Positions 9,716 through 21,407 of a stretch of DNA of 64,000 nt are shown here, one piece after another (the stretch's first letter is position 1; each line of letters starts with the position of its first letter). Source of the stretch: Loktanella sp. (GTDB lineage: Bacteria > Pseudomonadota > Alphaproteobacteria > Rhodobacterales > Rhodobacteraceae); assembly GCA_020201155.1 (NCBI GenBank), contig JAIVHI010000167.1, positions 5,688 through 69,687 of the forward strand, read 5' to 3'. The notes below the pieces were generated by a model that saw nothing but the letters and a program-made list of their open reading frames with translations, was not told the origin of the DNA and did not search any database. The position numbers and the translations under genes were made by a program.

Positions 9716-12700
9716 CTATTCGGCCGCTATTCCTTCGAGCCGGTCTTCCAGCGCGTCTGCCGCCTGTCTCAGGCCGGCAAGAGTTTCGTCGTCGGGGGTC
9801 CAGTAGGACCGGTCGCTTGCTTCCAGCAAACGGTTCGCCATGCGGGCACTGGCAGCAGGGTTCAGCTTGCCCAGTCGCTCGCGCATTTCCTCGTCCAGAA
9901 CAAACGTCTCCGAGAGTTTCTGATAAACCCAGGGCTCCACTTGTCCCGTTGTCGCGGACCAGCCCACCGTGTTGGTGATATGGGCCTCGATCTGGCGCAC
10001 GCCTTCGTGGCCATGCTGCAACAGGGGTTCGAAATACCGGGGGTTCAGGCTGCGCGACCGCGTCTCCAGCGCGACCTGATCGCGCAGGGTCCGCACCGTG
10101 CCTTCGCCGCGCGTCTGGTCCCCGATGAACACCTGTGTCTCGCTGCCGCGTGCGCGTTTCACCGCGCGGGCGATACCACCCAGCGTGTCAAAGTAGTGGT
10201 CCACCGTGGTGACACCCAGCTCGACGCTTTCCAGGTTCTGATAAGCCAGATCGACCGTCTTCAGCGTGGCCTGCAACAGGCCTGCGTTCTGCGTCGGATT
10301 GCCATCGGTGCCATAGGCGAAGGATTTCCGCGCCTCGTAGGCATCCGCCAGTTCGTCCTCGTCGCCGAAGGCCGAACTGTCGACCAGCTGGTTGACGTTC
10401 GCGCCGTAGATGCCTTCCGCGTTCGAAAAGACGCGCAGGGCCGCGGTCTCGATCGGGCAGTCCTGCTCTTTGGCGTAGGCCAGCGCATGAGCGCGAATGT
10501 AATTCTGCTCCAGCGGCTCGTCCGCCGTGGCGCATTTCAGCGCGGCCTCGGCCAGCAGCTTGGTCTGCAAGGGCAGCAGGTCGCGGAAGATGCCGGACAG
10601 CGTCATCACCACGTCGATGCGCGGGCGACCCAGGTCGGCCAGCGGGATCAGATCGGCACCGCACAGGCGGCCATAGCTGTCAAAGCGCGGTGTCGCGCCC
10701 ATCAGCGCCAGGGCCTGCCCGATCGGGCCACCGTCTGACTTGATGTTGTCGGAGCCCCAAAGCACCAGCGCCACCGTGCGCGGAAGTGTTTCTTGCGTAT
10801 CCAGCAGCCGCTGCGCCTGTGCGGCACCCGACAGCAAGGCAAAGGTCGTGGGCATCCGGAACGGATCGAACGCGTGGATGTTGCGCCCCGTCGGCAGGAT
10901 GTCGGGCTGACGGATCAGGTCGCCACCGGGCACCGGCGCCATGAAATGCCCCGACAGCGCGTTCATCAGCGCAGGCAATTCATGATCGACTGACAGCAAC
11001 AGCTCGACGCGCGCGGCAGTCTCCGCGTCGGTTTCCATCGCGGCGATGTAGCGGGCGCGGGCCTCGGGCACCATCGGCTTGCCGACGATATGCAGCCCAT
11101 CGGGGATCAGTGCCGCTTCGGTTTCCAGCAGCTTCAGCCAAAGTGCGGCGGGATCGCTGCCATCCAGATCGACAAGTGCTGCCTGATCGACGATCAGCGC
11201 CGCCAGATCATCGCGGCTGACATCGGTCGGCGCCATTTCACGCCAGCGCGTCAGGCTGTCCTTGAGATCGATCAGACCCTTGTAAAGCCCCGCCTGGGCC
11301 AGTGGCGGCGTCAGGTGCGTGACCGTGATCGCGTTCGACCGGCGTTTTGCCAGCGTGGCTTCCGACGGGTTGTTGGCGGCATAAAGATAGATGTTCGGCA
11401 GGTTCCCGATCAGCCGGTCGGGCCAGTCGTTGCCAGACGGCCCCGCCTGCTTGCCCGGCATGAATTCCAACGCGCCGTGCATCCCGAAGTGCAGCAGCAC
11501 GTTGGCTTTGAAATCGGCCCGCAGCCAACGGTAGAAAGTGCTGAACGCGTGCGTCGGGGTAAAACCGCGCTCGAACAGCAGCCGCATCGGGTCGCCTTCG
11601 TAGCCGAACGCCGGCTGCACGCCCACAAAGACGCGGCCGAACTGCGCACCAAGGATGAACACACCGCTGCCATCGGATTGCGACCGACCGGGGGCCGGGC
11701 CCCACTGGGCTTCGATCTCGTCCAACCAGGGCGTTTCGGCCACGATGCGGTCGGCGCTGACATGGGCCGCGACATTGGCCTCCTGCCCGTATTGCTGGGC
11801 GTTGCCCTTGAGGACGATCATGCGCAGATCGTCGACCGTGGCCGGGACCTCGACGTCATAGCCCTCCGACTTCATCCGGTTGAGCGTATTGAAAAGGGAC
11901 TCGAAGACGCTGAGATAGGCCGCCGTGCCGACAGCACCCGCATTCGGCGGAAAGCCGTAAAGCACCACGGCCACGTTCTTGTCAGCGTTTTCGGCGCGGC
12001 GCAGATGTGCCAGACGGCGCGTGCGTTCAGCCAGTGCATCGATCCGCTCGTGGCAGGGCGCCATCGCCTTGACGTGGCTGGCACTTTCGCAGTTATGCGA
12101 ACAGCCGTGACAGCCACCCAGTGCATGACGGCCCGCAAAGACCGTCGGGTTGGTCGCACCGTCGATTTCGGGCAGCGCCACCAGCATCGTCGTCTCGACC
12201 GGGCCAAGGCCCTGTGCCGACCCGGACCATTCCGACAGCGTCTGGAACTCCAGAGGTTGGGCCGCAATATAGGGCACGTTCAGCCCCGCCAGCGTAACAA
12301 GCGCGGCGGCGCTGTCGTTGTAGGCCGGACCACCGACAAGGCTGAAACCGGTCAGCGATACAAGCGCGTCAACATCCTGCATGTAGTTGTCGATCGCAGG
12401 ACGCCCGTCCAGCCCCCCGGCGAAACCGGGGATCACGCGCATGCCCTTGGCCTCGAACTGGCGGATGACGGCGTCGTAATGCGCGGTGTCACCGGCCAGA
12501 ACGTAGGACCGCAGCATCAAAACACCCACCTTCGGTCCCTCGCCCGCGGCGGGCAATTTGGCCGCATCCGTCACGATGTGGTGGTCCGGCAGATCCGGGT
12601 GGTATAGACCCACATCCGGATATTCGACAGGGGGTGCCGCACGGGCCACCTCCCAATCGGGGCGGTCGGCGTAACGGCCGATCAGGAACCGGATCAGGCC

Positions 12701-13252
12701 TTCGATATTATCATCGGAGCCGCCCAGCCAATATTGCATCGACAGGAACCAGGCCCGCAGGTCCTGCGCCTTGCCGGGGATCAGCTTCATCATCTTGGGC
12801 AGACGGCGCAGCATCTTCATCTGCTTGGCGCCCGACGCGCCCGACGGCTTGGCCGATCCGCGCAGCCGCTGCATCAGCTTCATCGCACCCGACTTGGGCT
12901 TCGCCATGTCGAGATTGCCCATCTTGGTCAGCCGCACCAGCGAACTGTCCGAAACCATGGCGACCAGCGCATCGCAATGGTCGCGTCGCGCGGTCAGCGC
13001 AGGCAGGATCGCCTGCACATGCTCTTCCAGGAACAAGACGCTGAGGATCAGGATATCCGCCTCACCGATCGCATTCCGTGCCGCCGTCAGGGCTGCGGGA
13101 TCGGCACCCCACTCCGCTGCGGCGTGAACCGTGACCTCGAGCCCGGGGAACTGCGCCGCAAGATCGGGCGACACACGTGCCACGGGGCCGGCGGCGTGGC
13201 GGTCCAGCGTCAGGATGGTGACGCGGTAGATCTGATCAACGTTATCTCGCAT
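9716..13252 (-). CDS. bchH: Mg-chelatase large subunit
   Basis: About 1178 aa of the CobN/Mg-chelatase H family. Start chosen at [17 protein letters not shown] (ATG 13252), overlapping the bchB stop by 11 nt. The track ORF adds 45 implausible residues. Confidence 0.93.
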   Translation of the reverse strand: MRDNVDQIYRVTILTLDRHAAGPVARVSPDLAAQFPGLEVTVHAAAEWGADPAALTAARNAIGEADILILSVLFLEEHVQAILPALTARRDHCDALVAMVSDSSLVRLTKMGNLDMAKPKSGAMKLMQRLRGSAKPSGASGAKQMKMLRRLPKMMKLIPGKAQDLRAWFLSMQYWLGGSDDNIEGLIRFLIGRYADRPDWEVARAAPPVEYPDVGLYHPDLPDHHIVTDAAKLPAAGEGPKVGVLMLRSYVLAGDTAHYDAVIRQFEAKGMRVIPGFAGGLDGRPAIDNYMQDVDALVSLTGFSLVGGPAYNDSAAALVTLAGLNVPYIAAQPLEFQTLSEWSGSAQGLGPVETTMLVALPEIDGATNPTVFAGRHALGGCHGCSHNCESASHVKAMAPCHERIDALAERTRRLAHLRRAENADKNVAVVLYGFPPNAGAVGTAAYLSVFESLFNTLNRMKSEGYDVEVPATVDDLRMIVLKGNAQQYGQEANVAAHVSADRIVAETPWLDEIEAQWGPAPGRSQSDGSGVFILGAQFGRVFVGVQPAFGYEGDPMRLLFERGFTPTHAFSTFYRWLRADFKANVLLHFGMHGALEFMPGKQAGPSGNDWPDRLIGNLPNIYLYAANNPSEATLAKRRSNAITVTHLTPPLAQAGLYKGLIDLKDSLTRWREMAPTDVSRDDLAALIVDQAALVDLDGSDPAALWLKLLETEAALIPDGLHIVGKPMVPEARARYIAAMETDAETAARVELLLSVDHELPALMNALSGHFMAPVPGGDLIRQPDILPTGRNIHAFDPFRMPTTFALLSGAAQAQRLLDTQETLPRTVALVLWGSDNIKSDGGPIGQALALMGATPRFDSYGRLCGADLIPLADLGRPRIDVVMTLSGIFRDLLPLQTKLLAEAALKCATADEPLEQNYIRAHALAYAKEQDCPIETAALRVFSNAEGIYGANVNQLVDSSAFGDEDELADAYEARKSFAYGTDGNPTQNAGLLQATLKTVDLAYQNLESVELGVTTVDHYFDTLGGIARAVKRARGSETQVFIGDQTRGEGTVRTLRDQVALETRSRSLNPRYFEPLLQHGHEGVRQIEAHITNTVGWSATTGQVEPWVYQKLSETFVLDEEMRERLGKLNPAASARMANRLLEASDRSYWTPDDETLAGLRQAADALEDRLEGIAAE

Positions 13253-14789
13253 AATGAGCCTTCGCTTCATAAAGAGTATCGACCGAAATCTCGGACACAC
13301 CCTGTCGGGCTGCGAAACTCTCGGTGTTGCGCCGGGCCTTACCGCGCACGAAAAAGGGGATCTTGCGCAGTTCGCGTTCTGCATCATCCAGCCAGATGAC
13401 CTGCGCTTCTTCCTTCATCTCGGCCGGTAAACTCCGGGGGGTCTGGGGGGCTGGCCCCCCGTCTTCGACGCGCGCCGTCGCAGCGCCACCGTGGTGGCTC
13501 GCGCCCGCGTCGTCGTGGAATTCGAAATCCGACCGGAACATGTGCAGCAGGTGCTCTTCCAGCCCCATGACCAGCGGATGCACCCAGGTGTCGAAGATGA
13601 CATTGGCACCTTCGAACCCCATCTGGGGCGAATAGCGTGCGGGAAAGTCCTGCACATGAACCGGCGCGGAGATCACGGCGCAGGGAACGCCCAGCCGCTT
13701 GCCGATGTGCCGTTCCATCTGGGTGCCGAGGATCATCTCGGGCTGCAGCTCGCGGATCGCGTCTTCGACTTCGAGGTAATCCTCGGTAATCAGGGCATCG
13801 ACGCCGAAGTCCTTGGCCAGCGCCCGGATGGGGCGGGCCATTTCCCGATTGTAGCATCCAAGGCCTGTGACCTCGAAGCCCATCTCGTCGCGGGCGATGC
13901 GGGCGGCAGCGGCCACATGGGTTCCATCACCGAAGATGAAGACCCGCTTGCCGGTCAGATAGGTGCTGTCGACCGAGGCCGAATACCACGGCAGACGCAG
14001 CCGGCTTTCGTCGGCCTTGCAGGGCAGACCGGTGATCGTGGCGATCTCGGCAAGGAAATCGCGCGTGGCGCCGACGCCGATCGGCACGACCTTGGTGAAA
14101 GGCTGGCCCAGTTCGCGTTCGCACCACCGGGCCGCCGCTTCGGCGGTTTCGGGATACATCAATACGTTGAAATGCGCGGCCCCTGTACGGGCGATATCGG
14201 CGGGCGTGCTGCCCATCGGGGCCACGACGTTGACCGAGATACCGATATCCGACAGCAGCCGCGTCAGTTCCTCGACATCGTCACGGTGCCGAAAGCCCAG
14301 TGCGGTCGGGCCGATGAGATTGCAGGTGATCTCGGGCGTCCGCTCCATCGGGAGGGCCAGGGCGCGGACGATCTGGAAGAACGTCTCATCGCAGCCGAAG
14401 TTTTCCTTGCGCTGGTAGCTTGGCAGTTCAAGCGGAATGACGGGGATCGGCAGGTTCAGCGCTTCGGTCAAACCGCCCGGGTCGTCCTGGATCAGTTCGG
14501 CGGTGCAGGAGGCGCCGACGATCATCGCCTGCGGTTGAAACCGCTCGTAGGCATCGCGGGCGGCGTCCTTGAACAGCGTCGCCGTGTCCGAGCCCAGATC
14601 GCGGGCCTGAAACGTCGTGTAGCTGACCGGCGGGCGGTGGTTGCGACGCTCGATCATGGTGAACAGCAGATCGGCGTAGGTATCGCCCTGCGGCGCGTGC
14701 AACACGTAATGCAGACCCGTCATGCCCGTAGCGACACGCATGGCACCCACATGGGGCGGGCCTTCGTATGTCCAGACGGAAAGCTTCAT
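13242..14789 (-). CDS. bchB: light-independent protochlorophyllide reductase subunit B
   Basis: 515 aa ([23 protein letters not shown]...), NifK-like. The C-terminal linker contains repeat copy A in-frame (see findings). Confidence 0.95.
   Translation of the reverse strand: MKLSVWTYEGPPHVGAMRVATGMTGLHYVLHAPQGDTYADLLFTMIERRNHRPPVSYTTFQARDLGSDTATLFKDAARDAYERFQPQAMIVGASCTAELIQDDPGGLTEALNLPIPVIPLELPSYQRKENFGCDETFFQIVRALALPMERTPEITCNLIGPTALGFRHRDDVEELTRLLSDIGISVNVVAPMGSTPADIARTGAAHFNVLMYPETAEAAARWCERELGQPFTKVVPIGVGATRDFLAEIATITGLPCKADESRLRLPWYSASVDSTYLTGKRVFIFGDGTHVAAAARIARDEMGFEVTGLGCYNREMARPIRALAKDFGVDALITEDYLEVEDAIRELQPEMILGTQMERHIGKRLGVPCAVISAPVHVQDFPARYSPQMGFEGANVIFDTWVHPLVMGLEEHLLHMFRSDFEFHDDAGASHHGGAATARVEDGGPAPQTPRSLPAEMKEEAQVIWLDDAERELRKIPFFVRGKARRNTESFAARQGVSEISVDTLYEAKAHYAR
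13413..13460 (+). repeat. GC-rich hairpin repeat, copy A (inside the bchB coding sequence)
   Basis: CTTCATCTCGGCCGGTAAACTCCGGGGGGTCTGGGGGGCTGGCCCCCC. The first ~27 nt are nearly identical to copy C and to the reverse complement of copy B. Confidence 0.8.
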
Positions 14790-14813
14790 AGGATTGTCCC
14801 GCCTGTGGCCAGT

Positions 14814-14864
14814 GTCGGACCGGGGCTCTGCCCCGGACCCCGGAGTTTTTGGGCCGAGATGAAG
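14814..14864 (-). repeat. GC-rich hairpin repeat, copy B (bchN-bchB spacer, inverted orientation)
   Basis: The reverse complement reads CTTCATCTCGGCCCAAAAACTCCGGGGTCCGGGGCAGAGCCCCGGTCCGAC. Core stem is CCGGGGC-tct-GCCCCGG. It fills most of the 82-nt spacer. Confidence 0.8.
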
Positions 14865-14871
14865 AGGGAGA

Positions 14872-16652
<1,781 letters not shown>

Positions 16653-16704
16653 GCGGTGTTCCTTGGCTTGGTCTTGCCTGAAGATAAGGCGATTGGCGCC
16701 AAGG

Positions 16705-16722
16705 TGTCAACTTAGACTTACA
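16705..16722. promoter_or_regulatory. PpsR/CrtJ operator (TGT-N12-ACA) in the bchF/ppaA divergent region
   Basis: TGTCAACTTAGACTTACA is a perfect consensus. An imperfect partner, TGTCACGAATTTTGGACG, lies at 16729-16746. Confidence 0.8.
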
Positions 16723-16880
16723 CTTTTCTGTCACGAATTTTGGACGCCTCAGTCACACTGCCCGCATCAGAATTGACGGTTCAAACAAAAATGCGGGCCT
16801 TCGGTCAGTTTTGTGCAATGCTGAAGAAAAGGCTCGGCTCCGACTTGCGAATCAGTCTTTCTTCAGGAGATGGGGGCGCT

Positions 16881-17672
16881 ATGCCGAGAAATTACAAGAG
16901 AATCCCGCAGCAAATGCGCCAGGACGCACCCGGTGTCGTTGACGACCTGGCCTCTTTTGCCCTGTCGCGCGTGGCGACACGCAAGGTTTACACGTCACCC
17001 GCCAACCCCAAACCCGACGTGACACTTCGCCTGCTTGAGTCCGTCATGGATCGCTCGCACGAGGCACATCGTGCCGTAGTGTCGCAGATGCTGGAGACCG
17101 GAATAAGCCCCGAGGCCATTGCCGACATCTATATTCCCGAAGTCGCCCGCCAGATGGGGACCGAGTGGGAAGCCGATGTCTCGGGCTTCGCACAGGTCAC
17201 GCTGGGAAGTTACCGGTTGCAGGTCTTGCTGCGTGATCTCGACGAGATCTGGGACACCGGGTTTTCGGGCATCGGGGTCGACACCCGCAACCTTGTCCGG
17301 GTGATGACGGTGCCCGGCGCACAGCACACCCTGGGCGCCTCGGTCGTGTCGACGCAGTTGCGCCGCCTTGGATGTTCGGTCCGGCTGCAGGTCGGTCGGT
17401 CCGACGCGGACGACGACAGCCAGAACGGTCCGGACCGCTGCGACGCAATCTTCATTTCCGCATCCCGCAGCGACCCGCTGGGCGGCGTCGCCGTTCTGAT
17501 CGCGGGACTGCGCGGGGATGCGATGGACCCGCCCCCCATCGTTCTGGGCGGCACGCTTCTGGATGCCGTAGAGAATGCAAAGACGGCGACCGGCGCGGAC
17601 TTCGTTACGCTCGATCCGGTTGCAGCCCTTGAATTTTGCGGCATCATGCCGACTTTGAGGGTAGGTCAATGA
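16881..17672 (+). CDS. ppaA: cobalamin-binding antirepressor PpaA/AerR
   Basis: Immediately upstream of ppsR. B12-binding-type motif ..VPGAQHTLGASVV.. (xHxxG). Start at ATG 16881 (AGGAGA upstream) is a guess; the frame is open back to 16740, with ATGs at 16791 and 16818. Confidence 0.75.
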   Translation: MPRNYKRIPQQMRQDAPGVVDDLASFALSRVATRKVYTSPANPKPDVTLRLLESVMDRSHEAHRAVVSQMLETGISPEAIADIYIPEVARQMGTEWEADVSGFAQVTLGSYRLQVLLRDLDEIWDTGFSGIGVDTRNLVRVMTVPGAQHTLGASVVSTQLRRLGCSVRLQVGRSDADDDSQNGPDRCDAIFISASRSDPLGGVAVLIAGLRGDAMDPPPIVLGGTLLDAVENAKTATGADFVTLDPVAALEFCGIMPTLRVGQ

Positions 17673-17718
17673 CGTATTCGCGCCATGCTATCCGAAATGA
17701 AAAACAGTCCGAGGGCCC

Positions 17719-19152
17719 ATGAAATCTACTAAAGAAGCCCAATGGGACGTCGGTGCTGTCCCTCTCATCTCACCCGAGGCCCTCACGAACATCGTGGCGG
17801 CCGTGGCCGATATCGCGGTTGTCATCGACAAGGACGCCAAGATCCTGGCTGTTCTGTCGAATCCCTTTCACGGCGTCCTGACCGATCTTCCCGCATGGGA
17901 AGGACGCGATGTGCGCGGCCTGCTGACCGTCGAATCGGTTTCCAAGTTCGACCGTGCGCTTGGCGAGGCCACCGTCAAAGGCGCGCCGCCCCGCGCGACC
18001 GAGTTGAACCACAAGGACCCGACCACAGCCGCCGAATTTCCTGTCTCCTATACCCTGCACCGGCTGTCGTCGGACGGCGCCATGCTGATGATGGGGCGTG
18101 ACCTGCGCCCGATCGCGGATCTGCAGCAGCAACTCGTTAACGCCCAGATCGCCGTCGAGCGCGATTATGAAAAGCAACGCGGCTTTGACACGCGGTTCCG
18201 CGTCCTGATGCATGCCACGCATGACCCCGTCGCCTTCATCACGGTCGGCACCGGCCGGATCGACGAAGTCAACGGTGCAGCCGCATCGCTTTTCGGACGC
18301 ACGGCAGAAGAGCTGAAGGGCGCCGATTTCGCAGAGCTTTTCGATTATCAGAATCAAAGCGAACTGAACGCCGATCTGGCCGCAGCAGCGCTATCGGACG
18401 ACGGGTCGTCTACGCTTGCGCTCAATCTCAAGCGCAAAGGTCACAAGGTATCGGTCCAGCCGTCATTCTTCCGCGCCGCCGGCGTGCGGATGCTGATGTG
18501 CAGGCTGTCGGTCGCCGACCCTGTGGCGCCGACCGAGAATGCGGTCGATTCCCGGTTTGATGCGCTGTTCCGGCGCGGACCCGATGCCATTGTCTTTACG
18601 GCCGCCGACGGCACCATTCTGACCGCGAACGATTCGTTTCTTGCACTCATCGATGCCAATGAGGAGGACAGCCTGCGCGGTCAGTCCCTGTCAGATTATC
18701 TGGACCGTGGCACCATTGAACAAAAGGCCCTGCTTGAAAACGTTACGCGGTCGGGCCGGATCAGTACCTATTCCACCCGTCTCAAGGGCAAATTCGACTC
18801 CCGCAATCCGGTTGAGCTGTCCGCGACACGGCTGGCCGGCGCAGGCAACTCTGCCGTCGCATTTGTGATCCGCGACACGGCAAGATCTGAATCGACCCGT
18901 AGCAGGACCGAAGCCTCGAACGAAAACACGCCAGAGGACCGGACATCGGTCATCGATCTGGTCGGCTCGACCTCGCTTAAGGAAATCGTGGCCGATACGA
19001 CGGACGTGATTGAAAAGATGTGTATCGAAACAGCACTCGAATTGACCGGGAACAACCGCGCCGCAGCCGCCGAGATGCTTGGGCTCTCACGGCAATCTCT
19101 CTACGTGAAGCTGCGAAAATTCGATCTGCTGGGCAGACCCGACGCCAATTGA
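17719..19152 (+). CDS. ppsR: photosynthesis gene repressor PpsR/CrtJ
   Basis: 477 aa with PAS-type repeats and a C-terminal Fis-type HTH (..AAAAEMLGLSRQSLYVKLRKFDLL..). Confidence 0.9.
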   Translation: MKSTKEAQWDVGAVPLISPEALTNIVAAVADIAVVIDKDAKILAVLSNPFHGVLTDLPAWEGRDVRGLLTVESVSKFDRALGEATVKGAPPRATELNHKDPTTAAEFPVSYTLHRLSSDGAMLMMGRDLRPIADLQQQLVNAQIAVERDYEKQRGFDTRFRVLMHATHDPVAFITVGTGRIDEVNGAAASLFGRTAEELKGADFAELFDYQNQSELNADLAAAALSDDGSSTLALNLKRKGHKVSVQPSFFRAAGVRMLMCRLSVADPVAPTENAVDSRFDALFRRGPDAIVFTAADGTILTANDSFLALIDANEEDSLRGQSLSDYLDRGTIEQKALLENVTRSGRISTYSTRLKGKFDSRNPVELSATRLAGAGNSAVAFVIRDTARSESTRSRTEASNENTPEDRTSVIDLVGSTSLKEIVADTTDVIEKMCIETALELTGNNRAAAAEMLGLSRQSLYVKLRKFDLLGRPDAN

Positions 19153-19167
19153 CCAAAAAACCAGCAG

Positions 19168-19185
19168 TGTCTACTTAGATTTACA
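19168..19185. promoter_or_regulatory. PpsR/CrtJ operator upstream of bchG (distal)
   Basis: TGTCTACTTAGATTTACA is a perfect TGT-N12-ACA and is 16/18 identical to the box at 16705. Confidence 0.8.
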
Positions 19186-19201
19186 CTTGCTGGATTAAGT
19201 C

Positions 19202-19219
19202 TGTCAGTTTAAGTTGACA
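19202..19219. promoter_or_regulatory. PpsR/CrtJ operator upstream of bchG (proximal)
   Basis: TGTCAGTTTAAGTTGACA is a perfect TGT-N12-ACA ending 3 nt before the bchG ATG. Confidence 0.8.
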
Positions 19220-19222
19220 GCC

Positions 19223-20128
19223 ATGCATAGCACGGTTGCCATCCCCCATCGACGCTGGCCAGATCCTCTGGCCCTGTTGCGGCTTATCAAGCCCATCACC
19301 TGGTTTCCGCCCATGTGGGCGTATCTCTGCGGCGTCGTGTCGATCGGCGTGTCCCCTGCCGGTCAAGGCGGGCTGATCCTGTTGGGCCTGATTCTTGCCG
19401 GGCCCTTGGTCTGTGGCATGTCGCAAGCCGCGAACGACTGGTGCGACCGCCACGTGGACGCCATCAATGAACCCGACCGCCCGATCCCTTCGGGCCGCGT
19501 GCCGGGCCGTTGGGGTCTATGGGTCGCGCTTGCCATGTCGGCATTGTCACTTCTTGTCGGGTTGGCGCTGGGGCCGTGGGGCTTTGGCGCGACGGTCGTC
19601 GCCGTTCTTGCCGCTTGGGCCTATTCCGCCGAGCCCGTTCGCCTGAAGCGGTCGGGCTGGTGGGGGCCGGGGCTTGTCGGGCTTTGCTACGAAGGCCTGC
19701 CGTGGTTCACCGGCGCGGCAGTGCTGGCCGCAGGCGCACCACCTTTGCCCGTGGTCATCGTGGCATTGCTTTACGCCATCGGCGCGCATGGCATCATGAC
19801 CCTCAACGATTTCAAGGCCCTCGAAGGCGACACGCAGATGGGCGTCAATTCGCTGCCGGTCACGCTTGGCCCGGAAAAGGCCGCGCGTCTGGCCTGCTGG
19901 ATCATGGCGGTGCCGCAAACGGTCGTCATCGCACTCCTCTTTCTTTGGGACCGTCCGGTTCACGCGCTGATCGTCACGGCCCTTTTGGCCGCGCAATTCG
20001 CCGCGATGCGGGTGCTGCTGACCGACCCCAAGGGCCGCGCGCCTTGGTATAACGGCACCGGCGTTCTGGCCTATATCTCCGGCATGATGGTGTCCGCCAT
20101 CGCCCTGCGCGCCGTGGGGGCATTATGA
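19223..20128 (+). CDS. bchG: bacteriochlorophyll a synthase
   Basis: UbiA-type prenyltransferase (..NDWCDRHVDAINEPDRPIPSG..). ATG 19223 preferred over the TTG at 19214 in the track. Confidence 0.9.
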   Translation: MHSTVAIPHRRWPDPLALLRLIKPITWFPPMWAYLCGVVSIGVSPAGQGGLILLGLILAGPLVCGMSQAANDWCDRHVDAINEPDRPIPSGRVPGRWGLWVALAMSALSLLVGLALGPWGFGATVVAVLAAWAYSAEPVRLKRSGWWGPGLVGLCYEGLPWFTGAAVLAAGAPPLPVVIVALLYAIGAHGIMTLNDFKALEGDTQMGVNSLPVTLGPEKAARLACWIMAVPQTVVIALLFLWDRPVHALIVTALLAAQFAAMRVLLTDPKGRAPWYNGTGVLAYISGMMVSAIALRAVGAL

Positions 20129-21405
20129 AGCTATCGTGGATCCAGATCGTCCGCCTTGGCCTCGTGCAGATGGCGCTGGGGGCGATCGTCGTCCTGACCA
20201 CATCGACCCTGAACCGGCTGATGGTGGTCGAGCTTTCGCTTCCCGCCATTCTGCCCGGGCTGCTGGTGGGTCTGCACTACGGCATCCAGATCACCCGGCC
20301 CAACTGGGGCTTCAAATCCGACAGCGGCGGCAATCGCACCCGCTGGATCATCGGAGGTATGGTGATTCTCGCCCTAGGGGCAAATCTGGCCACGCTTGGC
20401 ATATTGCTGCTGGCCGGATCGTTCTGGATCGGCATGGCCGTGTCGGTTGCGGCCTATGCGCTGATCGGTATCGGCGTCGGCGCATCGGGCACATCCCTGC
20501 TGGCGCTTCTGGCGACAACGACCGAACCACGCCGCCGCCCTGCTGCCGCCACCATTACATGGCTGATGATGATCCTCGGAATCGCCGCCACGGCAGGCAT
20601 CGTCGGCGCCGCCCTCGACCCCTACACCCCTGCCCTGCTGATCCGTATCGTCCTGCTCGTCACCGGCATCGCCTGCGTCGCGACAGCCCTGGCGGTTCAC
20701 GGCATCGAAACCCGCGTGACAGCCGAGGCCGCATCCGACCCCACCCCGTTCCGCAAAGGACTGGCCGAGGTCTGGGACGAGCCGCGCACGCGGAACTTCA
20801 CCATCTTCGTCTTCCTGTCGATGACCGCCTATTTCATGCAGGAACTGATCCTCGAGCCCTACGCGGGCCTGGTCTTTGCCTTCACACCCGGCGAATCGAC
20901 AACGCTCTCGGGTGCACAGAACGGCGGCGTCTTCATCGGGATGCTGCTGGTCGGCATCGCCGCCACCGGCCTCAAGATCGGGTCGCTTCGATCCTGGGTC
21001 ATCGCGGGATGCACAGGCTCTGCCCTTGCCCTTGTCGTCATCGCGCTCATTGGCGCGCAGGGGCCGGGCGCACCGCTTTTGCCCGCGACCGTCGCACTCG
21101 GGTTCTTCAACGGCATGTTCGCCGTCGCCGCCATCGGATCGATGATGGCCCTCGCCGGAGAAGGCCGTGGCCGCCGCGAAGGCACCCGCATGGGGCTTTG
21201 GGGTGCGGCTCAGGCCATGGCCGCCGGCTTTGGCGGCCTCGTCGGGGCCGGCATCGTCGATTTGCTGCGTCTGGTCAGCCCGGACGCCACCGCTTTCGCC
21301 ACCGTCTTCCTGATCGAAGCCGGAATCTTTGTCGCAGCAGCCCTCATGGCCGCCGCCATCATGGACAGGGGGCGCATACAGCCCTTGCTGGTCCCGGGAG
21401 AATAA
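20125..21405 (+). CDS. PucC/BCD-family MFS protein (Rhodobacter 'orf428' position)
   Basis: 426-aa 12-TM protein between bchG and bchP, with an ATGA overlap with bchG. Confidence 0.8.
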   Translation: MKLSWIQIVRLGLVQMALGAIVVLTTSTLNRLMVVELSLPAILPGLLVGLHYGIQITRPNWGFKSDSGGNRTRWIIGGMVILALGANLATLGILLLAGSFWIGMAVSVAAYALIGIGVGASGTSLLALLATTTEPRRRPAAATITWLMMILGIAATAGIVGAALDPYTPALLIRIVLLVTGIACVATALAVHGIETRVTAEAASDPTPFRKGLAEVWDEPRTRNFTIFVFLSMTAYFMQELILEPYAGLVFAFTPGESTTLSGAQNGGVFIGMLLVGIAATGLKIGSLRSWVIAGCTGSALALVVIALIGAQGPGAPLLPATVALGFFNGMFAVAAIGSMMALAGEGRGRREGTRMGLWGAAQAMAAGFGGLVGAGIVDLLRLVSPDATAFATVFLIEAGIFVAAALMAAAIMDRGRIQPLLVPGE

Positions 21406-21407
21406 AC

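Noticed and set aside
13253-13387. N-terminal extensions of track ORFs: bchH to 13387, bchY to 31623, dxs to 25153, cycA to 1715, crtD from 35220, and bchP merged from 20136.
   Set aside because: The extensions overlap upstream genes, lack family similarity and read like out-of-frame sequence. Internal ATGs with Shine-Dalgarno sequences or stop/start overlaps fit the operon structure better.
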